20,159 nt of DNA from a bacterium (GTDB lineage Bacteria > Babelota > Babeliae > Babelales > JABCYS01), in NCBI GenBank assembly GCA_027452085.1, contig DAIDHG010000009.1, forward strand, positions 1-20,159, written 5' to 3'. The position numbers and the translations under genes are program-made. This document shows, in pieces, positions 1 through 8,826 of the stretch. The number at the start of each line of letters is the position of its first letter. Within the stretch, counting starts at the first letter, position 1. Below the pieces are notes generated by a model. That model searched no databases. It saw nothing but the letters and a program-made list of their open reading frames with translations, and had not been told where the DNA came from.

Positions 1-144
1 TTTTTTTCGGTATCCAATGTGCGACACAGTCGTTTAGTATAAAACTTTGGTTGAAACGGCCTCAAGAGAATGGGTCGATAAACATAAAAAAGCAGCTTCA
101 TAACGCAATAAACCACCACATTTTTGCCATATCAACTCAGACTC

Positions 145-173
145 TTGCCACAATTTTCCGACTACGCTATTGT
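145..173 (+). promoter_or_regulatory. Putative sigma70 promoter TTGCCA-N17-TATTGT
   Basis: Near-consensus -35/-10 hexamers with 17-bp spacing, 35 bp upstream of the RBS-supported ATG at 208. Confidence 0.5.
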
Positions 174-207
174 GGGGTTAGTGGATTACCAAAAAAGGAG
201 TAACATA

Positions 208-738
208 ATGAATAAAGATGTACGTACCATGCCGAGTGATCTCTTGCAGAACTTGGCACACTTGCCCAAAAAAATTGTGGCGCTCGAAGGCATTGAGCAC
301 ACGCCATCGTTCGTATTGCATGAACTGTGTGGTGAGAAAGCCTTCAATCTGAGTAAGGCAGCCTTCTTTATAGATAACCCTGATTTCAATCATTTTAAAG
401 GCGTAGCCGGCTATGAGGCCTCAACTGCTTTCGGCAATGCCGAACAAAAATGGCAAGACCCGCATGCCTTTATTAACCATATTCAAAATACTACCTTCAA
501 TAAATTGGTGCTCAATAGCGTGCAAGCAAGCATCCTGCGAGATGGTGAGATCGATCCTTTTAAAGCACAAGAACTTGCAAGCAAACTTGGTATTAAAGTG
601 CCGGCATTCCGCGCATGGGAGATGAAACACGATAATTTCGGTTTCTTGATTTATGAGTTTGCTGGCCAATCGCTTGATGGTGTTGAAGAGCATTTATACA
701 ACAGCCTGTATCTTTTAAACTTCTGTCCATTATTCTAA
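208..738 (+). CDS. Hypothetical protein, possible stand-alone GAF-like domain (176 aa)
   Basis: AAGGAG at 195-200 supports ATG 208 over the track's TTG 124. The segment FVLHELC..AFNLSKAAFFID...FKGVAG and the late FGFLIYE strand resemble GAF sensor domains. Followed by a terminator. Confidence 0.75.
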   Translation: MNKDVRTMPSDLLQNLAHLPKKIVALEGIEHTPSFVLHELCGEKAFNLSKAAFFIDNPDFNHFKGVAGYEASTAFGNAEQKWQDPHAFINHIQNTTFNKLVLNSVQASILRDGEIDPFKAQELASKLGIKVPAFRAWEMKHDNFGFLIYEFAGQSLDGVEEHLYNSLYLLNFCPLF

Positions 739-758
739 TCAGATCAGACAAAAGAAAT

Positions 759-798
759 AAACGCGGCCTATAGGTGATATTGCCTATAGGCCGCGTTT
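759..798. terminator. Bidirectional intrinsic terminator
   Basis: Perfect 16-bp inverted repeat AAACGCGGCCTATAGG (759-774) / CCTATAGGCCGCGTTT (783-798) with an 8-nt loop and A/T-rich flanks, between convergent genes. Confidence 0.85.
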
Positions 799-887
799 CG
801 TTTTGTGCCCTAAATCAACCGGCATGTTATAAATGCAGAAGGTGTGAAAAGCATTCACGCTCTGCCAATATCCGCTCTTTGGAAAAA

Positions 888-1370
888 TTAATCGACTGAA
901 ATAGTGCCATCCCGATTGATAGTAACCGTTCGATTATTGATAGCGCCTCTTTGATCTGGTCCAATGACTATATTTTTTACCTGTTGTGGCCAATTAAGCG
1001 GGCAAATGGCATTACTACTTTCTTTCTGCTCGAGTCGCGAGGCGCCTGTCGCTTTTCGGGCCGCCGCAATCTCAAGATCTTTATCCGAGGGTTTCCAATC
1101 AAAGTAGATGCGTAGTTGCGCCGGGATCTGCGGGCTCGTGCCCTTAAACCTTTCACCTGCAGGAATTTGTGTAGACCAATAGGTACTATCATCGCAATCG
1201 GCTACTACGCACGCCCAAGCAGTGTGGGCTAAACTTTGATTATCAATTGAAATGGTGTGTTCGATGCCTGGTTTGCTTGCAAAAGTGATGCACGTCGGGT
1301 TGTGTATCTGTGCCTGGATTGCTATTACGTTTAGTGTGACTATCGCGCCGATGAGGTATTTATGTAACAT
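888..1370 (-). CDS. Secreted hypothetical protein
   Basis: ORF with Sec-type signal MLHKYLIGAIVTLNVIAIQA. ATG 1370 preferred; alternative start 1388. Four Cys in the mature part; no recognisable domain. Confidence 0.65.
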   Translation of the reverse strand: MLHKYLIGAIVTLNVIAIQAQIHNPTCITFASKPGIEHTISIDNQSLAHTAWACVVADCDDSTYWSTQIPAGERFKGTSPQIPAQLRIYFDWKPSDKDLEIAAARKATGASRLEQKESSNAICPLNWPQQVKNIVIGPDQRGAINNRTVTINRDGTISVD

Positions 1371-1592
1371 AGATTTCCAATTATGCATTTAATGTTCTTG
1401 CTATCGTTACTAATGTAAAAGAATGCGATTGGCTAAATCAAGGGAAATGAGCCCAAAACCTCATATCGAAACAGAATTTAAACATAGCTTATAGTCTTGC
1501 CGCATTTTTGAAATGTTCAAAAGATGAAATATTGCAATTCGAAACATTGATATGGTAGGTTGATAATGAATTAAGCATCAAAGGATCTAGTA

Positions 1593-1724
1593 ATGAAAAA
1601 CAGAAGAATACTTTTCTTAATAGGTGCATTTGCACTTCTCGATTGGTTTGTGATGAGCGCACACCGCAAGCCACAGGCTGTGACGCAGTCATCGCCCGAT
1701 AAAACAGTAACCGTGAGGAAGTAA
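1593..1724 (+). CDS. Small membrane-anchored or secreted peptide, 43 aa (MKNRRILFLIGAFALLDWFVMSAHRKPQAVTQSSPDKTVTVRK)
   Basis: Translated by hand (below the track cutoff). AAGGA RBS at 1581, basic N-region plus hydrophobic stretch, stop 2 nt before the next ATG. Confidence 0.5.
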   Translation: MKNRRILFLIGAFALLDWFVMSAHRKPQAVTQSSPDKTVTVRK

Positions 1725-1726
1725 CT

Positions 1727-1918
1727 ATGAAGCGTGTAAAAAAGGGTGGTGGTAAAAAACACACCACAAAAAGTCAGATTGAGAGCATGCGCCATTGTGC
1801 GCTGAGTGCAAAGGATATGGCAGATGTACCATCAACCAAGATGTATGGCAAAAGCTTCAAGCGCGTCACCCGCATAAACGACCCTGGTGATGGCTTGGCC
1901 AAATGGCGCAAAAAGTAG
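1727..1918 (+). CDS. Small Lys/Arg-rich hypothetical protein (63 aa)
   Basis: GAGGAAG RBS upstream; packed between two co-oriented ORFs with 2-nt and 7-nt gaps. Confidence 0.55.
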   Translation: MKRVKKGGGKKHTTKSQIESMRHCALSAKDMADVPSTKMYGKSFKRVTRINDPGDGLAKWRKK

Positions 1919-1925
1919 GTGTAGA

Positions 1926-2294
1926 ATGAAAGTAAAACTAACCATTGCATGTGCTGCGTTGTTTTGTTTCGGCACCTTTTTGGCAATGACAAATACGCCT
2001 GAGAATACCCTGCATATTGCTGAAATGATTCGCGCATATCGCGCCAACCATCCAAAAGACTTTTCCTTTGAGGCGTACAAACTCAAGATGGAATCAGAAG
2101 GCCATCCTTATGATGCAATCCTTATGGAACGTATGATGAAGCGCGACGCTTTAAATGCAATCATTCACGACATGAAAGCTCAGGGGAAAAAAGTGAGCGA
2201 TCAATTATTGCGCGAGCAAAAGAGTATTTCAGATATGTCTGATATATTGCAAACGATCGAGACTGCGCAAGAGATGTACCGAACACAGTATTAG
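1926..2294 (+). CDS. Secreted helical hypothetical protein (122 aa)
   Basis: Signal peptide MKVKLTIACAALFCFGTFLA from ATG 1926, with AGGTG upstream; C-terminus looks like a coiled coil. Confidence 0.7.
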   Translation: MKVKLTIACAALFCFGTFLAMTNTPENTLHIAEMIRAYRANHPKDFSFEAYKLKMESEGHPYDAILMERMMKRDALNAIIHDMKAQGKKVSDQLLREQKSISDMSDILQTIETAQEMYRTQY

Positions 2295-2342
2295 AATTTT
2301 TGCATGCATGGCATTTAAGACAGGTGAATGCTGTTGTTGCGA

Positions 2343-3521
2343 TTAATGAGATGCATGAATAAATACTTTCAAGCCAGGCAACTCCTGGCCGGCCAAATAG
2401 GCAAGCGATGCGCCACCGCCAGTTGAAAGATAGTCAATGCGATCATCCAGGCCAAGTTCTTGCGCTGCGGCTACGCTATCACCACCGCCAATCACGCTAA
2501 AACCTGAACTATTTCCCATCGCTTTGAAGATACCCGCAACACCTTGCAATGTTTTTGGCCGGTCAACAAATCCCGGTAAGCCATTAAAAAAGATAGTTTT
2601 TGCGTTTTGAATTTCTTGCGCGTAGCAATCAATGGTGCAGGGGCCAATAGTAATTGCCATATCATCAAACGGAAAATCGTCCGCACATACGCATGAAAGA
2701 GGACCCTGTAAATTTCCTTGGGCTACTTGGTAATCCGATGGAATTACCAAGCGCACGTTTCGATCAAAGGCTTTTTTTATAAATTCAGCGACGGCGGGCA
2801 AACTGCCTTCATCGACCAATGATTTGCCCACCCCCTTGCCCAAAGCCTTGGCCACGGTGCACGAAATAGCAGGGCAGAAAAGGATGGTATGCACCCGCGG
2901 CAACATTGCTTCAATAAGCGGCAATTTATCATGCACCTTGCCGCCGCCCACAATAAAAACAAATGGTTCTGCCGGAGAATCTATGAGCCGAGAGAGGGCT
3001 TTCAATTCCTGCTCAACTAAAAAGCCAATAGTGCGATCCTCTGGCTTAAATAGGCTCGGTAGCACCGTGACCGATGTATCATCGCGATGCAGCACGCCAA
3101 AGGCATCATTTACATACAGATCACCCAAGGTTGCCAACTGTTGTGCAAAAGCTTCATCCTTATTTTTCTCTCCTGCAAAGAAGCGAAGATTTTCCAGCAT
3201 GGTTATTTGTGCATTCGGTTTAATTGCCGCAGCATCAGGTGTTGCCAAAAGTGAGGTTGTGTAGCCATGAACATTAAACCAGTGTGCTATGGGTTGAGTT
3301 GAGAATTTTGGATCGTGGCCTTTCGGGCGCCCTAGATGGGTGAGCAGGGTGATCTTTGCGCCATGTTCTAAAATATAATTAATGGTTGGTAGCAGCGCTT
3401 TGATTTTAAAATCATTGGCCACTATGCCATTGTGCAGAGGCACGTTTAAATCTGCGCGCAGAATCACTCGTTTGTTTTCAAGGGGTAACTGGGTGAGGTG
3501 TGATGTAAGCAGTTGACTCAT
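2343..3521 (-). CDS. pgk: Phosphoglycerate kinase
   Basis: Motifs RADLNVP, THLGRP, ENLRF, NDAFG, GGGDS, STGGGAS. Confidence 0.97.
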   Translation of the reverse strand: MSQLLTSHLTQLPLENKRVILRADLNVPLHNGIVANDFKIKALLPTINYILEHGAKITLLTHLGRPKGHDPKFSTQPIAHWFNVHGYTTSLLATPDAAAIKPNAQITMLENLRFFAGEKNKDEAFAQQLATLGDLYVNDAFGVLHRDDTSVTVLPSLFKPEDRTIGFLVEQELKALSRLIDSPAEPFVFIVGGGKVHDKLPLIEAMLPRVHTILFCPAISCTVAKALGKGVGKSLVDEGSLPAVAEFIKKAFDRNVRLVIPSDYQVAQGNLQGPLSCVCADDFPFDDMAITIGPCTIDCYAQEIQNAKTIFFNGLPGFVDRPKTLQGVAGIFKAMGNSSGFSVIGGGDSVAAAQELGLDDRIDYLSTGGGASLAYLAGQELPGLKVFIHASH

Positions 3522-3535
3522 CTTTTTTCTCTCCT

Positions 3536-4753
3536 TTACGCTTCGCTTCTTAAGACCTGTGCAATGTTAATGTATTTCGTTTGCCGCACGGCATACCAAA
3601 TGGACAGCAGACTTACCAGCATCGCTACGCCACATACCGCTGCAAATGTTTGCCATTCCAGCACTGCCGGCAGGTGCGTGGTAAAATAGACATCTGGCAA
3701 TTGAATAAACGGATATTGTTGGAGCAAGCGGCATATACCAGCACCAGCTAAAAGGCCCAAGAGGGTTGCTGCTGAGGTGATCATTAATCCCATGCACATA
3801 AATATGCGGCGAATAAGTCCGTGACTTGCGCCCATGCTGCGCAAGATAGCAATGTCTGCCCGCTTTTGTGTGATCTCCATAAACATCAAGGAAATAATAT
3901 TCATACTCGCCACCAGCGTCATCAGCGCCAAAATGAAAAACATCACGTATCGCTCAAATTTTGATGCAGAAACTAATGATGAATACCTCTCTTGCCAGGT
4001 GACCACTTCATACGATCTGACTGTTCTGCGCAATCGTTTTACCACCGCATTGGTATCAGCGCCTTTTTTCAATTTGAGACCAACTTCCGTGTAGGCTGCT
4101 TTTGGATATAGTTGCTTTAAGAAATCAAAATTACAAAAGACGAGACCCAGATCATACTCTTCGATGCCCGTCGAAAAGAGGCCCGCAATAGTCACGCGTG
4201 CGGTTTTAAAAGTAATTTTTCGTTTTTTGCGCGACTCAGGTGCATAGAGAATATTCAGTTCATCGCCAACCACTAAGCCCAACTGTTCAGCTTTCTTTTT
4301 GCCGATGATCACCGTGTTGTTGTGTAGAAGTTGCATGAGATCTTGGTGATCGCCGATAATGGTATTCTGCAAACGTACCACTTGGACTATTTTTGCCGGA
4401 TCAATACCACGCAGTAACACAACCTGATCTTGCTCACTGCTTGGCATCTCAATAATTGCCTGGCGCTCCTCTTCTGGAGACCAAGCAGCTATTTCTGTAA
4501 ATGAGTTGGTGAATATTTGATCCAGTGCTTGAACGTTTATTGGTAAACCGTAATTGCGAATAGTTACTTGCGGGTTGATCCCCTGTAGCTTTTCATACAT
4601 GGCTTCCTCAAAGCCGCGCATGACAGAAATGGTGACGGTCAGAGCAGCGACTGCGATAAAAATGCCAATCAAACAAACTTTAACCATGGTCGCGATACTG
4701 CGTTCATAGGAAGTGCCACGCAAATACCGCCATGCCAACATGAAGGTGATCAT
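3536..4753 (-). CDS. lolE: Lipoprotein-releasing ABC transporter permease, LolC/E family
   Basis: LAWRYLR N-terminus, SVMRGF, four TM segments, DIAILRSMGA and LPDVYF motifs. A GGAG RBS favours ATG 4753. Confidence 0.88.
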   Translation of the reverse strand: MITFMLAWRYLRGTSYERSIATMVKVCLIGIFIAVAALTVTISVMRGFEEAMYEKLQGINPQVTIRNYGLPINVQALDQIFTNSFTEIAAWSPEEERQAIIEMPSSEQDQVVLLRGIDPAKIVQVVRLQNTIIGDHQDLMQLLHNNTVIIGKKKAEQLGLVVGDELNILYAPESRKKRKITFKTARVTIAGLFSTGIEEYDLGLVFCNFDFLKQLYPKAAYTEVGLKLKKGADTNAVVKRLRRTVRSYEVVTWQERYSSLVSASKFERYVMFFILALMTLVASMNIISLMFMEITQKRADIAILRSMGASHGLIRRIFMCMGLMITSAATLLGLLAGAGICRLLQQYPFIQLPDVYFTTHLPAVLEWQTFAAVCGVAMLVSLLSIWYAVRQTKYINIAQVLRSEA

Positions 4754-4915
4754 AAATTTTGTGCTCCACAATGTTTTTCCCACCCGAGCCTACCAATATA
4801 TATTTTTCTTAATAGCACCTGTTGTATGCTTTGAGAAACTATAAAGGACGTTCCTATCATTCGAAACCTGTGTGCAAAGGCAAAAAAGTGATGGTGAACA
4901 TTTTTGAGGTGTATT

Positions 4916-5644
4916 ATGAAGAACATGCATGTCTTATTCGGTGCAATGACGCTCATGGCATGTCTGTCAGGGTGTCACAAAATTGTTGATTGGGAAAAAG
5001 ATCATTTTTATCAAGGTGAGCGCTATTTCCCTGATGTTGATGATCCATTCACCCCGCGAAATATTATCAAACATTATATTCGCCAGCTGCGCGTATACGA
5101 TGAATTTGGCACACTCGGATTATTTGATGTGCTCATCCTCAATCATGATGTGCGACGTGTTTATGTTGAACTTCATGCTGCGCGCATGGGCTTTTCAACG
5201 GAAATAGAAGAGCAACTTATGCGTCGAGAAATGGCAGAGCATGAAGATGCATTATCATTTTATATTTTTGCCTATGCTCCTGATTCAACCATGCCATTAG
5301 ATGAAGAGGGCAATGCTCCATGGACGGTACTCTTACGCACTCCCGATGGCGAAGTTCGTCCGCGTTCGGTTCGGGTGGTTGAGCTTGCCGTTGAATATAA
5401 ATATTTGCTCAATGATTGGTTGAGTAAGCACAAAACTATGTACCTGGTGAAATTTGATCGCCCAGGTACGCCGTTTGAATTAGAATTCAAGTTGCCTGAT
5501 CGTTATGCCTGTGTGTCATGGGATAAACCAGCCGAACCGGCGCCGGTGCAGCATCCGCGCCGACGATCCATGAAAGCAAGACCAGCGCATTGTGTGCCTG
5601 GCAGACCGGCAATGCATCGTGCATCACAAGAAACGATTGTGTAA
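4916..5644 (+). CDS. Putative lipoprotein of unknown function
   Basis: GAGGTG RBS before ATG 4916; signal peptide ending in lipobox LSG-C; Pro/Arg-rich tail. Confidence 0.75.
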   Translation: MKNMHVLFGAMTLMACLSGCHKIVDWEKDHFYQGERYFPDVDDPFTPRNIIKHYIRQLRVYDEFGTLGLFDVLILNHDVRRVYVELHAARMGFSTEIEEQLMRREMAEHEDALSFYIFAYAPDSTMPLDEEGNAPWTVLLRTPDGEVRPRSVRVVELAVEYKYLLNDWLSKHKTMYLVKFDRPGTPFELEFKLPDRYACVSWDKPAEPAPVQHPRRRSMKARPAHCVPGRPAMHRASQETIV

Positions 5645-5660
5645 TCCAAAAAGGAGAGTA

Positions 5661-6122
5661 ATGAATTTAAAGATAGTCATTGGCGCCGATCACCGAGGAT
5701 TCCATTTAAAGCTGCAAATCAAAGAGCAGTTTAAAAAACATGGCAGCTCTACGATAGAATGGCTCGATGCCGGTGCATTTACCGCCGAGCGCTCTGATTA
5801 TCCAGAATTTGCTAGCAAGGCGGCGCGTGAAATACGCGATGGCAATGCAATGTATGGTATTTTGATTTGTGGTAATGGCAATGGTATGGCCATCGCGGCC
5901 AATCGATTTCCTGGCATTTATGCCGCCTTAGCATGGAATGAGACGGTTGGTCATCTGGTCAAAGAGCATGATGGCGCAAACGTGCTCGTGTTGCCCGCAG
6001 ATTTTATATCAACGCATGATGCGATGGGTATCATTACCCAATGGCTTAATGCCCAATTCTTAGGCGGCCGCTACCAAGCTCGGCAGGAAATGTTGGAAAA
6101 ATTAGCTCGAGAAGAAGGGTAA
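5661..6122 (+). CDS. rpiB: Ribose-5-phosphate isomerase B (RpiB/LacAB family)
   Basis: GADHRG, SDYP, ICGNGNGMAIAANR, EHDGANVL, FLGGRY motifs; AAGGAG RBS before ATG 5661. Confidence 0.93.
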   Translation: MNLKIVIGADHRGFHLKLQIKEQFKKHGSSTIEWLDAGAFTAERSDYPEFASKAAREIRDGNAMYGILICGNGNGMAIAANRFPGIYAALAWNETVGHLVKEHDGANVLVLPADFISTHDAMGIITQWLNAQFLGGRYQARQEMLEKLAREEG

Positions 6123-6157
6123 TAAAAAAGGCTCCCGCTATGGGAGCCTTTTTTATT
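6121..6157. terminator. Bidirectional intrinsic terminator
   Basis: AATAAAAAAGGCTCCC-gctat-GGGAGCCTTTTTTATT, a perfect 16-bp inverted repeat between convergent genes. Confidence 0.92.
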
Positions 6158-6171
6158 GTATAACCGGTGCC

Positions 6172-8736
6172 TTATGCAGCTTTTGCGGGCCCAGTGGTTT
6201 TAATCTTACCCGTGGGCGCTTGTGTTTCTTTTACTACCATCGCTGGCTTTGGTGCAAGAATGTCGCGCACATCAGCGACCATGAGTGTGCCTTGTAGTAC
6301 GAGCTCGTCGGCCAATTTTTTGAGCGATTCTTTATTCTTGCTCAACAGCTGCATCACCTCTGCTTCCGATTGTTGAAGCAATTTCTGAACCTCATTTAAT
6401 TTAGCGTCAGCGGCATCACGAGAGAAGTGCTCTTTCTTAAGCCCTTTAAACACAATCGACTCGGCGATCTGGCGTGCCTGCTCATTGCACTCAGGACGAT
6501 AGCTATAGGCCGTGGCGCCAATCAGTAACTTTTCTGCCACGTAACCGGCCAACAATACTTTGATCTTATTAATCTTTTGTTCAACAGAATCAAAGCCTGC
6601 CGTGTTCATTTTGTGCAAGGTGAAGATATCACCATAGCCAATGATCTTCTTCGGCCCGGTTGTATTTTCAGAATACCAAATGCGTTCTTCGGTTACCTTC
6701 TTATGAATTGGCAACATGGTAACTTTGTGCAGCTCTTCGCCGGTTGGTAACAACTCGTATGCCAATGCCTGGCCAGCCAAGTGGGCGGTAATAATGCTGC
6801 GCTCCTCTTGTGGGATATGCAGATCGCCTTCTACAATCTTCCGCTTAAAGGTATCGATACCATTTTCAAAGCATTCATAGCTCAAGCCAGCGCGATGTTG
6901 CATCGATTTTGATAAGGCATGATTTAAGATGCTGGCAAGATCCCCAAATGAGCAATCTTCCGTCTCTTTTGCTAAACGCTCAAGGTTGATTGATTTTGCA
7001 TTCAGGCGACGACGCACCAGCTCTTTTTCGAAGAATTCACGACGATCATTAAAGGTTGGGTTTTCAAATGGGATGATTTTACCAAAGCGACCCGGCTGCA
7101 ATAACGCTTGGTCGATATGGTCAAGCCTGTTGGTAGCCGCGAGGAAGATCACCTGTTTGCCAGGCTCCTGCGTCATGCCCACCAGGAACTGCTCAAGCAT
7201 ATCGCTGCTGCGGTCTCGTTGTAGATTTAAGAGATCAAGCTCGTCAATAAACACGATGCACGGTGCATACTTTTTGATAACTTCGATTACTTTCTTAATA
7301 CCAACCAGGCGCATTTCGCTTGAGTTGACCTTTAAGAAGGTTAACGGTTTGTTATAACGATGAACCAGTTCACCTGCCAGCGCTTCGGCTAAATAGGTTT
7401 TACCCGTGCGCGTTGGTCCATATAATAAATATCCCTTTTCAATTGCAGTACCAGTTTTTTCAAACATTTCTGGGTTCAGCAAGTATTGAATAACCGGAAT
7501 TAACTCCTGTTTTTGCTCATGTAAACCAGCAATATCGTCAAAGGTGATGCGCGGTACACTGTGCTCTAAGGCACCTTGGATCCAGAGTTGTTCAATAGCG
7601 CTTACTTGCTGTTTCTCATTATTAAAGAGTTCGCCCCATTTGAAGAACTCTTTTGGATCTTTGTAACATGCTTTCCAGCCATTCACGCCATCGGTTATTG
7701 AATCAAAGAATTTTTTGAATGCTAATGGGAGGGTGAACATAAAGAGTAGAGGGATTTTTGCGCGATCCAAAATACCAAACGCCCCCGTACCGGTGCCAGC
7801 AATAATTGGCTTATTTAAATCAAAGGTGCCGGAGTTGGTGAATGGTAATGGGTATGGCGGTGTGCCGATCACATTATCGTCATACCAGCGCACAAACGGA
7901 TTATTTGCAAAGGCAGTACCCAGATCAGAGCTGGCCATATGAGACCATACACCTTCTTGTGCCCCAACCGCTGGCGCCTGGGCAGGAGCCCCGCGGCCAA
8001 ATGCTCGGTATTCTTCCATCACATGCTGTGGCATTGGCTTCATTGCATAGCGTAATATTGAGGCTGCCAGAGTAACTGCTCCTAACGTAAATCCTTTTGC
8101 GTAATAGTTGCCCCGCTTGTTTACACGGCTGAGCCACTGTTTAAATTTCTGGAATTTCGTTTTGCCCAATTCATTCATGCTCAACTCAAGTTGGGCAAAT
8201 GCACGCTCAAAGGCTTGAAATTTACCAATCATATCGCCAATATTGAGCGGTGCTGGCTGTTTTGATTTGAATACAAAGGGGCGTAGATCGTTCAGATCAT
8301 TTTTTACTAAATTAATAAGGTAGGCAATGATTTGTTCATTAAGCTCAAATATCTTGGTTATATCTTCATTCGGATCGGTCGGATTGCAATATTTTTGCCA
8401 GGCAGTTGATACTGATTCGAGCGCCACATGAAATGCATTGAGATGTGGTTTGGCTAACTTAATTTCGCCGTTGCTCACCATGAGATTGAGCGCCATAATC
8501 TTTGATTTTAAGGCCTGTGGAATATGGATATAAGCATTTTCGAAGATTCCTCTATACATAGCCTCAATTTCTGCTTGGCTCGGCTCATAATTATCAGATT
8601 CCAGCTGCGGTAGTTCCGGCTGGTGAGAAGCCGGCTGCGCCATAGGCGTGGCTGGCTTTTGAGTAGCTCGTAGGGGGGTGAGCGGCAATAAACCGACCAT
8701 AATTGTAGACAATAATGCTATTCGTAAGTTCTTCAT
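6172..8736 (-). CDS. FtsH-like AAA+ ATPase with signal peptide and degenerate peptidase M41 domain
   Basis: ITFDDIAGL, Walker A GPTRTGKT, Walker B VFIDE, SRH AATNR..IDQALLQPGRF. C-terminal M41-like LLAGYVAE, but HEAGH is replaced by HLAGQ. Confidence 0.88.
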   Translation of the reverse strand: MKNLRIALLSTIMVGLLPLTPLRATQKPATPMAQPASHQPELPQLESDNYEPSQAEIEAMYRGIFENAYIHIPQALKSKIMALNLMVSNGEIKLAKPHLNAFHVALESVSTAWQKYCNPTDPNEDITKIFELNEQIIAYLINLVKNDLNDLRPFVFKSKQPAPLNIGDMIGKFQAFERAFAQLELSMNELGKTKFQKFKQWLSRVNKRGNYYAKGFTLGAVTLAASILRYAMKPMPQHVMEEYRAFGRGAPAQAPAVGAQEGVWSHMASSDLGTAFANNPFVRWYDDNVIGTPPYPLPFTNSGTFDLNKPIIAGTGTGAFGILDRAKIPLLFMFTLPLAFKKFFDSITDGVNGWKACYKDPKEFFKWGELFNNEKQQVSAIEQLWIQGALEHSVPRITFDDIAGLHEQKQELIPVIQYLLNPEMFEKTGTAIEKGYLLYGPTRTGKTYLAEALAGELVHRYNKPLTFLKVNSSEMRLVGIKKVIEVIKKYAPCIVFIDELDLLNLQRDRSSDMLEQFLVGMTQEPGKQVIFLAATNRLDHIDQALLQPGRFGKIIPFENPTFNDRREFFEKELVRRRLNAKSINLERLAKETEDCSFGDLASILNHALSKSMQHRAGLSYECFENGIDTFKRKIVEGDLHIPQEERSIITAHLAGQALAYELLPTGEELHKVTMLPIHKKVTEERIWYSENTTGPKKIIGYGDIFTLHKMNTAGFDSVEQKINKIKVLLAGYVAEKLLIGATAYSYRPECNEQARQIAESIVFKGLKKEHFSRDAADAKLNEVQKLLQQSEAEVMQLLSKNKESLKKLADELVLQGTLMVADVRDILAPKPAMVVKETQAPTGKIKTTGPAKAA

Positions 8737-8779
8737 GTTGTTCTTTACAGGTTTAATAGGCCATTTACAATGTGCGGTA

Positions 8780-8807
8780 ATTATACGGGCCTCTTATTTC
8801 CCGTCAA
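8780..8807 (-). promoter_or_regulatory. Putative sigma70 promoter TTGACG-N16-TATAAT for the AAA ATPase
   Basis: Near-consensus hexamers on the minus strand, about 45 bp upstream of ATG 8736. Confidence 0.6.
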
Positions 8808-8826
8808 AGCCTAAGGAAGTTTTTTT

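Noticed and set aside
1..101. Minus-strand frame open to the window edge (MKLLFYVYRPILLRPFQPKF...)
   Set aside because: Only 33 codons visible and no recognisable motif; it could be a gene start but cannot be supported.
835..865. Second imperfect hairpin GCAGA..GTGTGAA/TTCACGC..TCTGC
   Set aside because: Bulged and weak, with no U-tract and no recognisable RNA family; the adjacent terminator already explains termination.
1489..2086. Several minus-strand ORFs of 74-93 aa
   Set aside because: Antisense to the RBS-supported plus-strand operon and without protein-like features.
6172..8736. Annotation as canonical ftsH
   Set aside because: Lacks HExxH, the third zinc ligand and the aromatic pore loop, so the gene symbol was withheld.
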